DNA of 38,668 nt, taken from positions 1-38,668 of the IMG/VR virus record IMGVR_UViG_3300010376_000075. One strand, given 5' to 3'. Numbering within the stretch: the stretch's first letter is position 1; the number at the start of each line of letters is the position of its first letter. The position numbers and the translations under genes were made by a program. Shown piece after piece: positions 27,874 to 36,031 of this stretch. The notes below the pieces were generated by a model, which was given only the letters and a program-made list of their open reading frames with translations, did no database searches and was not told the origin of the DNA. This DNA is from a virus (lineage: Duplodnaviria; Caudoviricetes).

Positions 27874-27893
27874 CGCACGACTAGCGCTAGGGT
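27871..27893 (+). promoter_or_regulatory. degenerate palindrome and -10 (leaderless promoter)
   Basis: TGACGCAC-GAC-TAGCGCTA overlapping TAGGGT; ATG 7 nt downstream. Confidence 0.55.
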
Positions 27894-27900
27894 TTACGGC

Positions 27901-28134
27901 ATGGCAGACGAACAGCCTTACCAGATCCCGCCCGGCTTCGAGCCGGATGCCTCGCAGGTCCCCATCTGGGCGGCGGACATCGACCGGTTCCGGGTCTGCT
28001 ACGCGGTGACCATGCTGGTCGCGCAGCGCTTCGATCAGGTGTTCTGCAAGCAGCTTTACGACAACCCGAACTTCGTCACCAACGACGTGCCGCTCGCGGA
28101 CCCCAAGCGCGAGGCGCATCCCGCCACCGAGTAG
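27901..28134 (+). CDS. hypothetical protein (77 aa)
   Basis: leaderless ATG; clean ORF. Confidence 0.7.
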   Translation: MADEQPYQIPPGFEPDASQVPIWAADIDRFRVCYAVTMLVAQRFDQVFCKQLYDNPNFVTNDVPLADPKREAHPATE

Positions 28135-28154
28135 CTCACAACCTGTGCTATCCT
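28132..28154 (+). promoter_or_regulatory. palindrome/extended -10 promoter
   Basis: TAGCTCAC-AAC-CTGTGCTA overlapping TATCCT; begins at a stop codon. Confidence 0.75.
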
Positions 28155-28195
28155 GCGTCGGGAAGAACCAATCCCGACCCAACAGGAGGATGAAG

Positions 28196-28552
28196 ATGTC
28201 CGCAATCGCGGATCAGGCAGCGCAAGTTGCCTCCATGGCCAGGGCGCTCTCCGCTGCGGCCGAAGCTCTTGCCCGCTCCGTGGCCGTGGATGGCTGGGAG
28301 CCGGAGGAGCTTGACGAAGGTCTCGGCCTCGGCATCAACGACGCCGACGGCAACGAGCTACACGTGGGCGACCGCGTCCAGGTGCTCGGCTCGGACCGCT
28401 ACGGCGACCCGTACGCCATCGTGAAGGGTCCCGGCCCCGACCTGGACGACTTCAAGGCTCGCGTCCACGTCGCGCTCGAAGACGGGCAGGACGACACCTA
28501 CACCCCGTCCGTCGGCCGGATCCACAAGGTGATGGCCGAAGCCGCCGAGTAG
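28196..28552 (+). CDS. hypothetical protein with SH3/KOW-like domain
   Basis: AGGAGG RBS; DADGNELHVGDRVQV. Confidence 0.7.
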   Translation: MSAIADQAAQVASMARALSAAAEALARSVAVDGWEPEELDEGLGLGINDADGNELHVGDRVQVLGSDRYGDPYAIVKGPGPDLDDFKARVHVALEDGQDDTYTPSVGRIHKVMAEAAE

Positions 28553-28574
28553 CACAAGACTTCCTCGGTCAGAC

Positions 28575-28617
28575 ACCGGCCCCGTGGCTCACAGCGAGCG
28601 CGGGGCCGGTTGTCGTT
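28575..28617 (+). terminator. probable intrinsic terminator hairpin
   Basis: ACCGGCCCCG (28575-28584) pairs with CGGGGCCGGT (28601-28610), followed by TGTCGTT. Confidence 0.6.
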
Positions 28618-28618
28618 C

Positions 28619-28641
28619 TAGCGCTCATCATGTGCTACCAT
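28619..28641 (+). promoter_or_regulatory. palindrome/extended -10 promoter
   Basis: TAGCGCTC-ATC-ATGTGCTA overlapping TACCAT; CCCGACCGAGGAG downstream. Confidence 0.75.
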
Positions 28642-28678
28642 GAGGGAACCAAGCACCCGACCGAGGAGCATGAACCTT

Positions 28679-29728
28679 ATGTCAGAGCAAACCATCGAGT
28701 GGTTGAACTACCACACGTTGCAGAGCAAGAAGGCCTGGCACACCAGCGCGAAGCTACAGGCGCTGATGGACAAGCCGACGGTCTACAACGGCCCGATCCC
28801 CCTCCAGGACGTAACCGAACGGCTGTTCGGCTGGGAACCCCTCCGGGGCGACGTTACGTCCACCGCAACCATCCTGACGCCGGACGGCGTCGAGACGGTG
28901 ACGCTGACGGACGAGAACCGCGTCACCATGATGCGCCCGCCGGGCGCGCTGTACCCGGACGACCCCGGAGCCATCCTGGGCGTCTTCAAGTCGGGCTACA
29001 AGGCCCACCCCTACGACGAGTGGCTGCTCAAGAACGTCGCCCACATCCTGGACGACGACCTGGGCATCTTCTCCGCCGGGCTGCTCCGCGATGCGGCGCA
29101 GGCCTGGGTGCAGGTCTCGGTCCCGGACTGGATCACCACGCCGGAGGGCGTCACGTTCAAGCCGAACCTGCTCTGCGTCACGAGCCTCGACGGCTCCCTG
29201 TCCACCACGTACAAGCGCACGATCAGTGACGCCGTCTGCGACAACACGGTCCGCGCCGCGCTCGGAGAGGCGGGCAAGGCCTACCGCGTCAAGCACAGCC
29301 GCTACAGCGATCTCAAGCTGATGGAGGCCCGCGAGACGCTCGATCTCGTCTTCACGATGGCTGAGGACTTCAAGACCGAGGTGGCCGACCTGAACGCGAT
29401 CACCGTCACCGACGAGCAGTGGAACGACTTCCTCCAGTCGCTCGTGCCGCTCAAGAAGGACGACAAGGATCTGAAGGGCAGCGCCCTGACGAAGGCCAAG
29501 AACAAGCAGGCCCAACTCGACGGCCTCTGGTACCACGACGACCGCGTCACCCCGTGGAAGAACACGGCGTGGGGCGTCCGCGCGGCGGTCAACACGTGGC
29601 AGACACACTTCGCCACGGTGCGCGGCAAGAGCCGCGACGAGCGGAACATGGAAATGGCCATCGAGGGCGACTTCGAGAAGCTCGACCAGAAGACCATGGA
29701 CCGGCTCCAGATGGTCCTGGCCGCGTAG
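28679..29728 (+). CDS. DUF932-family phage/plasmid protein
   Basis: KAWH, SAGLLRDAAQAWVQV, TSLDGS, VCDNT, KHSR, NTAWG..AVN motifs; start could be 28670. Confidence 0.85.
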   Translation: MSEQTIEWLNYHTLQSKKAWHTSAKLQALMDKPTVYNGPIPLQDVTERLFGWEPLRGDVTSTATILTPDGVETVTLTDENRVTMMRPPGALYPDDPGAILGVFKSGYKAHPYDEWLLKNVAHILDDDLGIFSAGLLRDAAQAWVQVSVPDWITTPEGVTFKPNLLCVTSLDGSLSTTYKRTISDAVCDNTVRAALGEAGKAYRVKHSRYSDLKLMEARETLDLVFTMAEDFKTEVADLNAITVTDEQWNDFLQSLVPLKKDDKDLKGSALTKAKNKQAQLDGLWYHDDRVTPWKNTAWGVRAAVNTWQTHFATVRGKSRDERNMEMAIEGDFEKLDQKTMDRLQMVLAA

Positions 29729-29753
29729 CCGTCAGCAGCGTAAGGAGGAGGCC

Positions 29754-29786
29754 AGAGCGCCCCGGTCAGCATGGCCGGGGCGCTTT
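29754..29786 (+). terminator. intrinsic terminator hairpin
   Basis: AGAGCGCCCCGGTC-AGCAT-GGCCGGGGCGCTTT. Confidence 0.7.
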
Positions 29787-29790
29787 GCGT

Positions 29791-29822
29791 TAGCGCACAT
29801 CGTGAGCCAGGTGTGCTACAAT
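29791..29822 (+). promoter_or_regulatory. palindrome plus extra half-site and -10 TACAAT
   Basis: TAGCGCAC-ATC-GTGAGCCA-G-GTGTGCTACAAT. Confidence 0.75.
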
Positions 29823-29860
29823 ACAGGCGTAAGGCAGTCCCGACCGAGAAGGAGTCCCAA

Positions 29861-30322
29861 ATGCAAGCCTCCCCCGCCAAGCTCCCCGACGACACGTGGG
29901 GCGTCCGCGTCTACGATCCCGCCCACGCCGACAAGTGGACCGGCCAGCCGGTCACCGTTAGCGCCAAGGGCGGCAAGACCTGGACGAGCGTCCTGACCGA
30001 CCTGGTCACCTTCGACGGCAAGTCCGTCGCGCTGTACCGCAAGGCCGCGAAGAACGGCAACGGCGCGTCCGCGCCGACCACCCTGCCCGGCCTGAGCGAC
30101 GAGTCGCCCGCGCCCATCGCAGGCGCAGCACCCGAGGCCATGGTCGCCAAGCACGCGCCGGTCGCCTCGGCCCCGTCCACCGGCTTGACCGACGAGCAGC
30201 TTTCCGCGCTGATCGTCCGCGCTGCGAAGATCGTGGACGACGCTGGCCTCTCGCTCACCGCGAACGCGTCCGACGCCACGCGCGCGGTCATCCTGTCCAC
30301 CCTGATCGCCCAGGAGGTGTGA
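29861..30322 (+). CDS. hypothetical protein (153 aa)
   Basis: ATG after CCCGACCGAGAAGGAG. Confidence 0.75.
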   Translation: MQASPAKLPDDTWGVRVYDPAHADKWTGQPVTVSAKGGKTWTSVLTDLVTFDGKSVALYRKAAKNGNGASAPTTLPGLSDESPAPIAGAAPEAMVAKHAPVASAPSTGLTDEQLSALIVRAAKIVDDAGLSLTANASDATRAVILSTLIAQEV

Positions 30323-30323
30323 C

Positions 30324-30752
30324 GTGTGGCTGATGACCCCGAAGGGGTTCTTCTCCGCCGTGGAGAAGCCTGAGGATCGCAAGGGGGGCACGGTCACCAT
30401 CCGTGCCCGCAACAAGCGCGACATCGACGCGCTGGTCAAGACCTACCTGCCCGACGCCAAGCCGTGGCGGCTGCGGCGCTCCGACTACGAGTGGCGCGTC
30501 CGCGTCTCGCGTGAGGATTGGGCGCAGGCCGTCGCCCGGATGGCGATGGAGATCGACTACTCGAACTTCAAGGATCGGGTCGCGCAGACGCAGGGCAAGC
30601 GGCGCGCCAACATCTACGGCCGCGTGTGGGGCGTCCTGCTCGACCTGGAGTCCAAGCGGCGCTGGGCGAAGACGGTTACCACCCAGACCGCCGACGATGG
30701 TGACGGCTTCGAGCAGCCGCCGCTGAGCACCTGGCTTGACGGAGCCGCCTGA
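30324..30752 (+). CDS. conserved hypothetical protein
   Basis: GGAGG RBS; MWLMT..GFFSAV...DYEWR...IDYSNFK. Confidence 0.75.
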   Translation: MWLMTPKGFFSAVEKPEDRKGGTVTIRARNKRDIDALVKTYLPDAKPWRLRRSDYEWRVRVSREDWAQAVARMAMEIDYSNFKDRVAQTQGKRRANIYGRVWGVLLDLESKRRWAKTVTTQTADDGDGFEQPPLSTWLDGAA

Positions 30753-30801
30753 CGCAAGTTGTGATGTAGAGGCCGGGCATCCGGCCGTTAGAGTTCGCGT
30801 C

Positions 30802-31494
30802 GTGAACGTAGACACTCTGATGGCGGCGATGCCCGGCCTCAGTCGTGCGCTCGCTTCCCAATACCTCCAGCCGATGGAGGCCGCGATGCGCGAGTTCGGA
30901 GTCACGAACCAGCCGCGAGCGCGCATGTACCTGGCGCAGGTCGGCCACGAGAGCGTGAGCCTGCGCTACTTCGAGGAGATCGCCTCCGGCGCTGCCTACG
31001 AGGGCAGACGCGACCTGGGCAACACGCAGCCCGGCGACGGCGTCCGCTTCAAGGGCCGAGGCCCGATCCAGATCACCGGCAGGCACAACTACACGCTCGC
31101 CGGGAACGCGCTCAAGCTGCCGCTGGTCTCCAACCCGCCGATGGCAGCCGACCCCAAGCACGCGTTCCGGGTCTCGACCTGGTGGTGGTGGCAGGCCGGG
31201 CTGAACCCGATCTCGGACCGCAACGACGTGCTCGGCGCGACCCGCCGGATCAACGGCGGCACCAACGGCCTGGCCGACCGGCAGAACCGCTGGAACGCCA
31301 TCGGCCGTCTCGGCGCAGCGATCCTGCCCGGCGCAGGCGCACCCCCGCCCGCGCCAGCCCGCCCCGCTGTCGCCATCGACGTGGCCAGCATGGCCGACGG
31401 CCGGTTCGAGGTGTTCCGCACCGTGGGCGACAAGGTCACGCACCGCTGGAACGCGAAGACGGGCGGCTGGTCCCCGAACTGGCAGGCTCTCTGA
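30802..31494 (+). CDS. endolysin, glycoside hydrolase family 19 (chitinase-like)
   Basis: YLAQVGHES, YEGRRDLGN..PGDG.RFKGRGPIQITGR.NY, RRINGGTNGL; leaderless GTG 7 nt after TAGAGT. Confidence 0.9.
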   Translation: MNVDTLMAAMPGLSRALASQYLQPMEAAMREFGVTNQPRARMYLAQVGHESVSLRYFEEIASGAAYEGRRDLGNTQPGDGVRFKGRGPIQITGRHNYTLAGNALKLPLVSNPPMAADPKHAFRVSTWWWWQAGLNPISDRNDVLGATRRINGGTNGLADRQNRWNAIGRLGAAILPGAGAPPPAPARPAVAIDVASMADGRFEVFRTVGDKVTHRWNAKTGGWSPNWQAL

Positions 31495-32081
31495 TGGCCC
31501 AGAACGGCCGTCTCCCGGACTCCGACCTGGCACCGATACTCCAGGGTCGCCTGGTCCGCGCGAACTCCTGCGCGGCCTCCTGGAACGCCATGAACGCCGA
31601 AGCTCGGCGGCTCGGCGTGGAGCTACGGCCGACCGGCTCGAAGTCGAGCTACCGCACGTTCGCCCAGCAACAGGAACTGTGGAATCTTTACCGCTCCGGC
31701 AAGGGCAACCTCGCGGCCACGCCCGGCACGTCCAACCACGGCTGGGGCCTGGCCGTCGATCTGGCGACCACGCAGATGCGCGCCATGGTGGACCGGATCG
31801 GCAAGCGCTACGGCTGGGCGAAGGAATGGTCCGACGCCCCGAGCGAGTGGTGGCACATCCGCTACCGCTCCGGCATCTGGTCCGGCCCCGACCCAGGCCC
31901 GACGGGATCCGGTGCAGCGCCGCCTGCCCAGCCCGCCGCACCACCACGACCGCAGGTCGCGCTCGACGTAGGCGTCATGCCGGACGGCCGCTTCGAGGTC
32001 TTCCGGATCGTAGGCGACAACATCACCAACCGCTGGAACGCCAAGACCGGCGGCTGGGCACCCAACTGGCAGAGGCTCTGA
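31494..32081 (+). CDS. endolysin, M15 (VanY-like) zinc peptidase
   Basis: SYRT..QQ, A.PGTSNHGWGLAVD, EWWH; TGATG overlap. Confidence 0.9.
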   Translation: MAQNGRLPDSDLAPILQGRLVRANSCAASWNAMNAEARRLGVELRPTGSKSSYRTFAQQQELWNLYRSGKGNLAATPGTSNHGWGLAVDLATTQMRAMVDRIGKRYGWAKEWSDAPSEWWHIRYRSGIWSGPDPGPTGSGAAPPAQPAAPPRPQVALDVGVMPDGRFEVFRIVGDNITNRWNAKTGGWAPNWQRL

Positions 32082-32091
32082 GAGGAGGCCC

Positions 32092-32394
32092 ATGTCCATC
32101 ATCGACGTAGGCACCATGAAGGACGGCCGCTTCGAGGTCTTCCGCGTCCGCAACGGCGAGATCGTCCACCGCTGGAACGCGCAGGGCGGCGGCTGGTCCC
32201 CGAAGTGGGAGTCGCTCGGCAAGCCCGGCAAGGGCGCTGTCGCCGTCCAGGTCCGCACCATGCCCGACGGCCGCTTCGAGATCTTCGCCGTGGACTCCGA
32301 CGGCGAGGTGTTCAACTGCTGGTGGAAGAAGGAAGGCGGCTGGTCTGGCTCCAAGCCAGGGCAGCGTGCGGGCTGGCAGAGCCTGGGGAAGTGA
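32092..32394 (+). CDS. stand-alone two-repeat protein (DGRFE[VI]F...W, lectin propeller-blade-like)
   Basis: two copies of the repeat found at the C-terminus of both lysins; AGGAGG RBS. Confidence 0.8.
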   Translation: MSIIDVGTMKDGRFEVFRVRNGEIVHRWNAQGGGWSPKWESLGKPGKGAVAVQVRTMPDGRFEIFAVDSDGEVFNCWWKKEGGWSGSKPGQRAGWQSLGK

Positions 32395-32849
32395 TGAAAG
32401 ACCGGCTTGGCCATGGCTCGGATGCGGTCCCGGTCGAGCCGCGATTCTTCGCCAAGGTGGACGTAGGCAACTCGCCCGCAGGCTGCTGGATGTGGACGGG
32501 CGGCGCGTCGGACGGCTACGGCACCTTCAGGATCGGCAGTCGCATGCTCAAGGCGCACGTGGTGGCCTACGAGCTATGTGTGGGGCCGATCCCGGCGGGA
32601 ACCCAGCTTGACCATCTGTGCCGCGAGACGCTCTGCGTCAATCCGCTGCACCTAGAGCCAGTCACTCGCGGCGAGAACCTACGGCGTGGACGGCGAGCCT
32701 GCGGCCATGGCCACGAGACCCACTGCCCGCAGGGTCACCGCTACAACGAGGCCAACACGTACATCCATCGCGACGGCAGCCGAGCCTGTCGCAGATGCAG
32801 GGCCGACGGAGCGCGGCGAGCCTACCGGCGGCGAAAGGAGCGCGTATGA
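32394..32849 (+). CDS. HNH endonuclease
   Basis: GCWMWTG, AHVVAY, LDHLC....CVNP.HLEPVT..EN; C-terminal THCPQGH.Y...NT...CRRC. Confidence 0.85.
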   Translation: MKDRLGHGSDAVPVEPRFFAKVDVGNSPAGCWMWTGGASDGYGTFRIGSRMLKAHVVAYELCVGPIPAGTQLDHLCRETLCVNPLHLEPVTRGENLRRGRRACGHGHETHCPQGHRYNEANTYIHRDGSRACRRCRADGARRAYRRRKERV

Positions 32850-33082
32850 AAGAGATCGCGAACCGAGTGTGGCGCGAACCTGCGGTCGCCATCGGCCTGA
32901 TCACCACCATCGCGCTCGCGGTCCTCGCGGTCGTGACCGGCACGAACTGGGACGCCAGCGTGATCGTCGGGATCGTCGCGCCGGTCGTCTCAGCGCTGGG
33001 GATCCGGACGCAGGTCACGCCCGTCACCGGCCAGCACGAGACCCCCGCGCCCGGCCCGCCGGGCAGCGAACTCGGCGGGTAG
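32846..33082 (+). CDS. probable holin (2 TM)
   Basis: 78 aa; two hydrophobic helices, REP...RTQVTPV; in the lysis module. Confidence 0.75.
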   Translation: MKEIANRVWREPAVAIGLITTIALAVLAVVTGTNWDASVIVGIVAPVVSALGIRTQVTPVTGQHETPAPGPPGSELGG

Positions 33083-33268
33083 CTCCTCGACCGGCGTCAC
33101 CATCGGCCTGCCAGGCCGAGCCCGGTAGCAGCGCTCCAGGCAGTCCTCCTCCGAGAGGACCGGCATCCGCTGCCAGCGCCGATGCTCGACCCACGCACCC
33201 CAGCCAGCGCGCACGAGCCAGTAGCCCGCGCACGCCACCAGGATCACGGCGGCGGCAGTGCCCGTCAC
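32990..33268 (-). CDS. possible small membrane protein
   Basis: GTGA-coupled to the upstream HTH gene; N-terminal TM; overlaps the holin 3' end. Confidence 0.4.
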   Translation of the reverse strand: MTGTAAAVILVACAGYWLVRAGWGAWVEHRRWQRMPVLSEEDCLERCYRARPGRPMVTPVEELPAEFAARRAGRGGLVLAGDGRDLRPDPQR

Positions 33269-33477
33269 CCATCCGAGGCTACACGCCGCCCCCGAGCGAT
33301 CTGGACCGCCTCGCTGACCGACACGGCCTTCGGGAGAGCCTCGCGCAGAGCCTCCACGTCGCGCTCCCGGTACAGCACTCCGATCCGCCGGGGATAGCCG
33401 AACTTCTCCGACCACGTGGCCAGCGTGAGCGGCCTGATCCCAAGCCGGGAAGCGGCAGTGACGGGACGGAGGAGCAC
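33265..33477 (-). CDS. MerR/excisionase-like HTH DNA-binding protein
   Basis: AASRLGIRPLTLATWSEKFGYP...LYRERDVEAL. Confidence 0.7.
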   Translation of the reverse strand: MLLRPVTAASRLGIRPLTLATWSEKFGYPRRIGVLYRERDVEALREALPKAVSVSEAVQIARGRRVASDG

Positions 33478-33708
33478 TTCCTCGCCCCATTCAACGCCAA
33501 GGCGCTCCAGAAGTTGGCGAAAGCTGGTGAAAAGTGTCCTCAGGCGGAGGGTCGAACTCTCTTGGCCTACTCACGCCGGAATCCGCTCGCCTCGCGCGCG
33601 GCGTCGGGGCGCTTTCCTGCTGTGCTCATTCTCCCCTGACGGGTCGCTGTCCCGCCCCGCTACGGGCTAGGAGGCCTGCCTGCATACCAGGGAACCCGAG
33701 GTCCGCGC

Positions 33709-33797
33709 AGCATAGCACACGACGTGAGCGAGCCGTCCCGGAAACCCGCAAATAGCGGGAAGTTCTGGTAGCACACGTCAGGCGCTCGGAGTAGGCT
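33709..33797. promoter_or_regulatory. divergent control region with two palindrome copies
   Basis: TAGCACAC-GAC-GTGAGCGA (33713-33731) gives a leftward GTGTGC-TATGCT; second copy TAGCACAC-GTC-AGGCGCTC (33769-33787); rightward TAGGCT (33792-33797) 7 nt before GTG 33805. Confidence 0.65.
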
Positions 33798-33804
33798 CTG
33801 CGCC

Positions 33805-34368
33805 GTGCCCGAACCCTGCGCATCCTGCGGCGTAGCTGACGCGCTCGAACGCCACGCACCCGACTGCTCCTACGCGCTGTCCATCGGCGCGCCCCGACTC
33901 GCTGAAGGCGAGGACCCAATCCCCGACCTGGACAACCCCAACGACGAGTCCGGGTACGACGGCCCCATAGCCGAGGAAGGCGAGGTCTCACCCAACCACC
34001 CCGCGCACCCACAGTGGCACGAGCACCCCGACGCGATGGTCCGCTCCGTCGCCGTCCGGCGCGTCATGGAGGAGCAGGGCATGCGACTCCCCGACGGCTC
34101 GCTGAACCCCGACTACCACGGCCCCACCGGCCCGCACGGCGTCCCCAGCCAAGCCACCCACGCATTCGTGGACCAGCCCGGCCGGATCGAGCGCGCCCCG
34201 TTCGCGCCCGCCCCACTGTGGATGGCCTGGGGCAAGACCAACGAGGGCAACTTCGATGTCGTCGTGTTCGAGGGCGAACTCGAAGCGCTCCGCTACGCCG
34301 TCAAGGAACGCTGGCAAGCCATGCAGATCGAGCTAGGCCGATCCCTGCGCGAGCAGGCCGGTGAATGA
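33805..34368 (+). CDS. hypothetical protein
   Basis: leaderless GTG; N-terminal CASC...H..DC. Confidence 0.7.
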   Translation: MPEPCASCGVADALERHAPDCSYALSIGAPRLAEGEDPIPDLDNPNDESGYDGPIAEEGEVSPNHPAHPQWHEHPDAMVRSVAVRRVMEEQGMRLPDGSLNPDYHGPTGPHGVPSQATHAFVDQPGRIERAPFAPAPLWMAWGKTNEGNFDVVVFEGELEALRYAVKERWQAMQIELGRSLREQAGE

Positions 34369-34736
34369 CCTACGTGAGCGACAACGACCCAATGCCCAAG
34401 CACCACCACCGCTGGCAGATGACCGCCCACCTGGACTTCTGCCACTACTACGTGAGCACGTTCGCCTGCACGGGCTGCCGAGCGACAGCGAGCAAAACCG
34501 TCGAGCGCGACCCGAACAGCTTCAGCCACTTCATGTTCGAGGAGAACTACGTCGAGATCCGCCGCGACGAGCGCGGCCGGTTCGTCACCCCACACTGGGA
34601 AGTCGTCACCTGCGAACGCTGCGAAGCGATCAAGGCAGGCGCACCACGCATGCACGACCTGGTCATCGTCGGCAAGGACGGCGAGATCGAAGTCGAGAAG
34701 CACGAGGAGATCGCCAGTGCCGGAGAAGCGGGCTGA
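34365..34736 (+). CDS. hypothetical zinc-binding protein
   Basis: ATGA coupling; CTGC...CERC. Confidence 0.7.
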   Translation: MTYVSDNDPMPKHHHRWQMTAHLDFCHYYVSTFACTGCRATASKTVERDPNSFSHFMFEENYVEIRRDERGRFVTPHWEVVTCERCEAIKAGAPRMHDLVIVGKDGEIEVEKHEEIASAGEAG

Positions 34737-35449
34737 TGGCTAAACAGCGCGTCCAGTTCGGCCACAAGGAAAGGCACCAGCAGCAGATCGACAACGGCCT
34801 GTACCTCCGACTCAGGGAACAGGCACTGACCGAAGGCCGGTCGATGACATCAATCGTGGAGCAGGCGCTCGCTGAATATCTCGCTATCCCGCTCGCCAAC
34901 CCAGACCTGCCCGAACAGCCCGTGGAGCTTTGTCCGTCTTGTGAGAAGGGGGTTTTGTGGCGACGGCGCTGCTCGGTCTGCGGCTGGCGGCGAGTCGATC
35001 CCCGAGCCAAGCTCAGCTACAGCCGCGCCGTCCGAGACGCGTTCTGGGCCTCGACCGTCGAAGGACCCGTCCCCGAGCACCGACCCGAGCTAGGGCCATG
35101 TCTGCTCTGGCAGGGCCACGTCAACAAACAGACCGGCTACGGCATGGTCGGGCTTCAGGACCGCACCTGCCTCGCGCATCGAGTCGCCTGGGAGGACGAA
35201 TACGGCGACATCCCGACTGGCCTGGAGCTTGACCACCTCTGCCGAGTCCGCCACTGCGTCCGCCCGAGCCACCTCGAACCCGTGACTCACGCAGAGAACC
35301 AGCGCCGAGCAGCCCGCACCCGACTCACGGCGACCGATGTCGAGACGATCCGGGCGTCCTCAGCCAGCAGCAGCGCGCTCGCTCGCACCTACGGCGTCAC
35401 CCAGGGACACGTCTCCAGAATCCGCCAAGGCCTGGTATGGCGAGGTTGA
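34736..35449 (+). CDS. RHH + zinc ribbon + HNH endonuclease + HTH fusion
   Basis: LYLRLREQALTEGRSMTSIVEQALAEYL; CPSC...CSVC; LDHLCRVRHCVRPSHLEPVTHAEN; SALARTYGVTQGHVSRI. Confidence 0.75.
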   Translation: MAKQRVQFGHKERHQQQIDNGLYLRLREQALTEGRSMTSIVEQALAEYLAIPLANPDLPEQPVELCPSCEKGVLWRRRCSVCGWRRVDPRAKLSYSRAVRDAFWASTVEGPVPEHRPELGPCLLWQGHVNKQTGYGMVGLQDRTCLAHRVAWEDEYGDIPTGLELDHLCRVRHCVRPSHLEPVTHAENQRRAARTRLTATDVETIRASSASSSALARTYGVTQGHVSRIRQGLVWRG

Positions 35450-35555
35450 TCTGCGCGCGCGCGGGAGAACGCACGTAGAGCCCTTCTAACGCCCCGAAAC
35501 GATGAGATGGCGTAAACCCCCACGCACCCCGCCGCAGCGGCTCCTGGAGGCCCCC

Positions 35556-35855
35556 GTGAACCCCTACGCCGACGTATACCGACTAGCTGCCCGCCGGATC
35601 CGCACAGACGGCTGGTGCCACCACGGCGGCATCACCCCAGACGGCAAGGTCTGCCTCCTCATCGCGATCTTCATGGCTAGCCGCGAACGGATGGAGGAGG
35701 ACGAGATTCGGCTGCCCGCCGAAGCCGCAGCCCGCTACGTCTCACACGGCAGCGCAGGCACCACCGCCCTGATCCACTGGAACGAGGACGAGGCACGCAC
35801 CCAAGCCGACATCCTCGAACTCCTGGACGAGCTAGCCGAGGCCAAGCTCGGATGA
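35556..35855 (+). CDS. hypothetical protein (DUF6197-like)
   Basis: GW..G...GKVCL...HWNED..RT...IL.LL; GGAGG before GTG 35556 (alternative start 35502). Confidence 0.6.
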   Translation: MNPYADVYRLAARRIRTDGWCHHGGITPDGKVCLLIAIFMASRERMEEDEIRLPAEAAARYVSHGSAGTTALIHWNEDEARTQADILELLDELAEAKLG

Positions 35856-36031
35856 TCGCCGCCGGAGTCATGGTTGCCGTCGTGATCGCCGTCGCCTGGG
35901 CTGTCCTGATCCACGCCCGGCGCACACGCCTGCCCCGCATCACCGAATGGCAGGCACGGCAGAACGCAGCGCCGCTCACGTCTGCCATCCTGAGCCGACA
36001 CATCACCGACCGAGACCGAGGAGACACATGA
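35852..36031 (+). CDS. small membrane protein (59 aa)
   Basis: Not in the ORF track; ATGA-coupled on both sides; N-terminal TM MIAAGVMVAVVIAVAWAVLI. Confidence 0.55.
   Translation: MIAAGVMVAVVIAVAWAVLIHARRTRLPRITEWQARQNAAPLTSAILSRHITDRDRGDT

Noticed and set aside
25389-27884. 831-aa alternative-frame ORF and other long shadow ORFs (14724..16760 -, 19975..22059 -, 3982..5154 -, 30676..31947 -)
   Set aside because: Arg/Gly/Pro-rich off-frame or antisense ORFs expected from high GC3 codon bias over real genes
30750-30768. TGACGCAA-GTT-GTGATGTA as another palindrome copy
   Set aside because: It starts at a stop codon, but has too many mismatches and no fused -10
33520-33600. tRNA-like GAGTTCGACCCTC on the minus strand
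   Set aside because: Only a 3-bp T-stem; no acceptor stem, D-arm or anticodon arm could be built
34560-34586. RRDERGRFV peptide in ORF 34365 as another copy of the HPR tag
   Set aside because: Lacks LxE and HP, lies mid-protein and is only loosely similar
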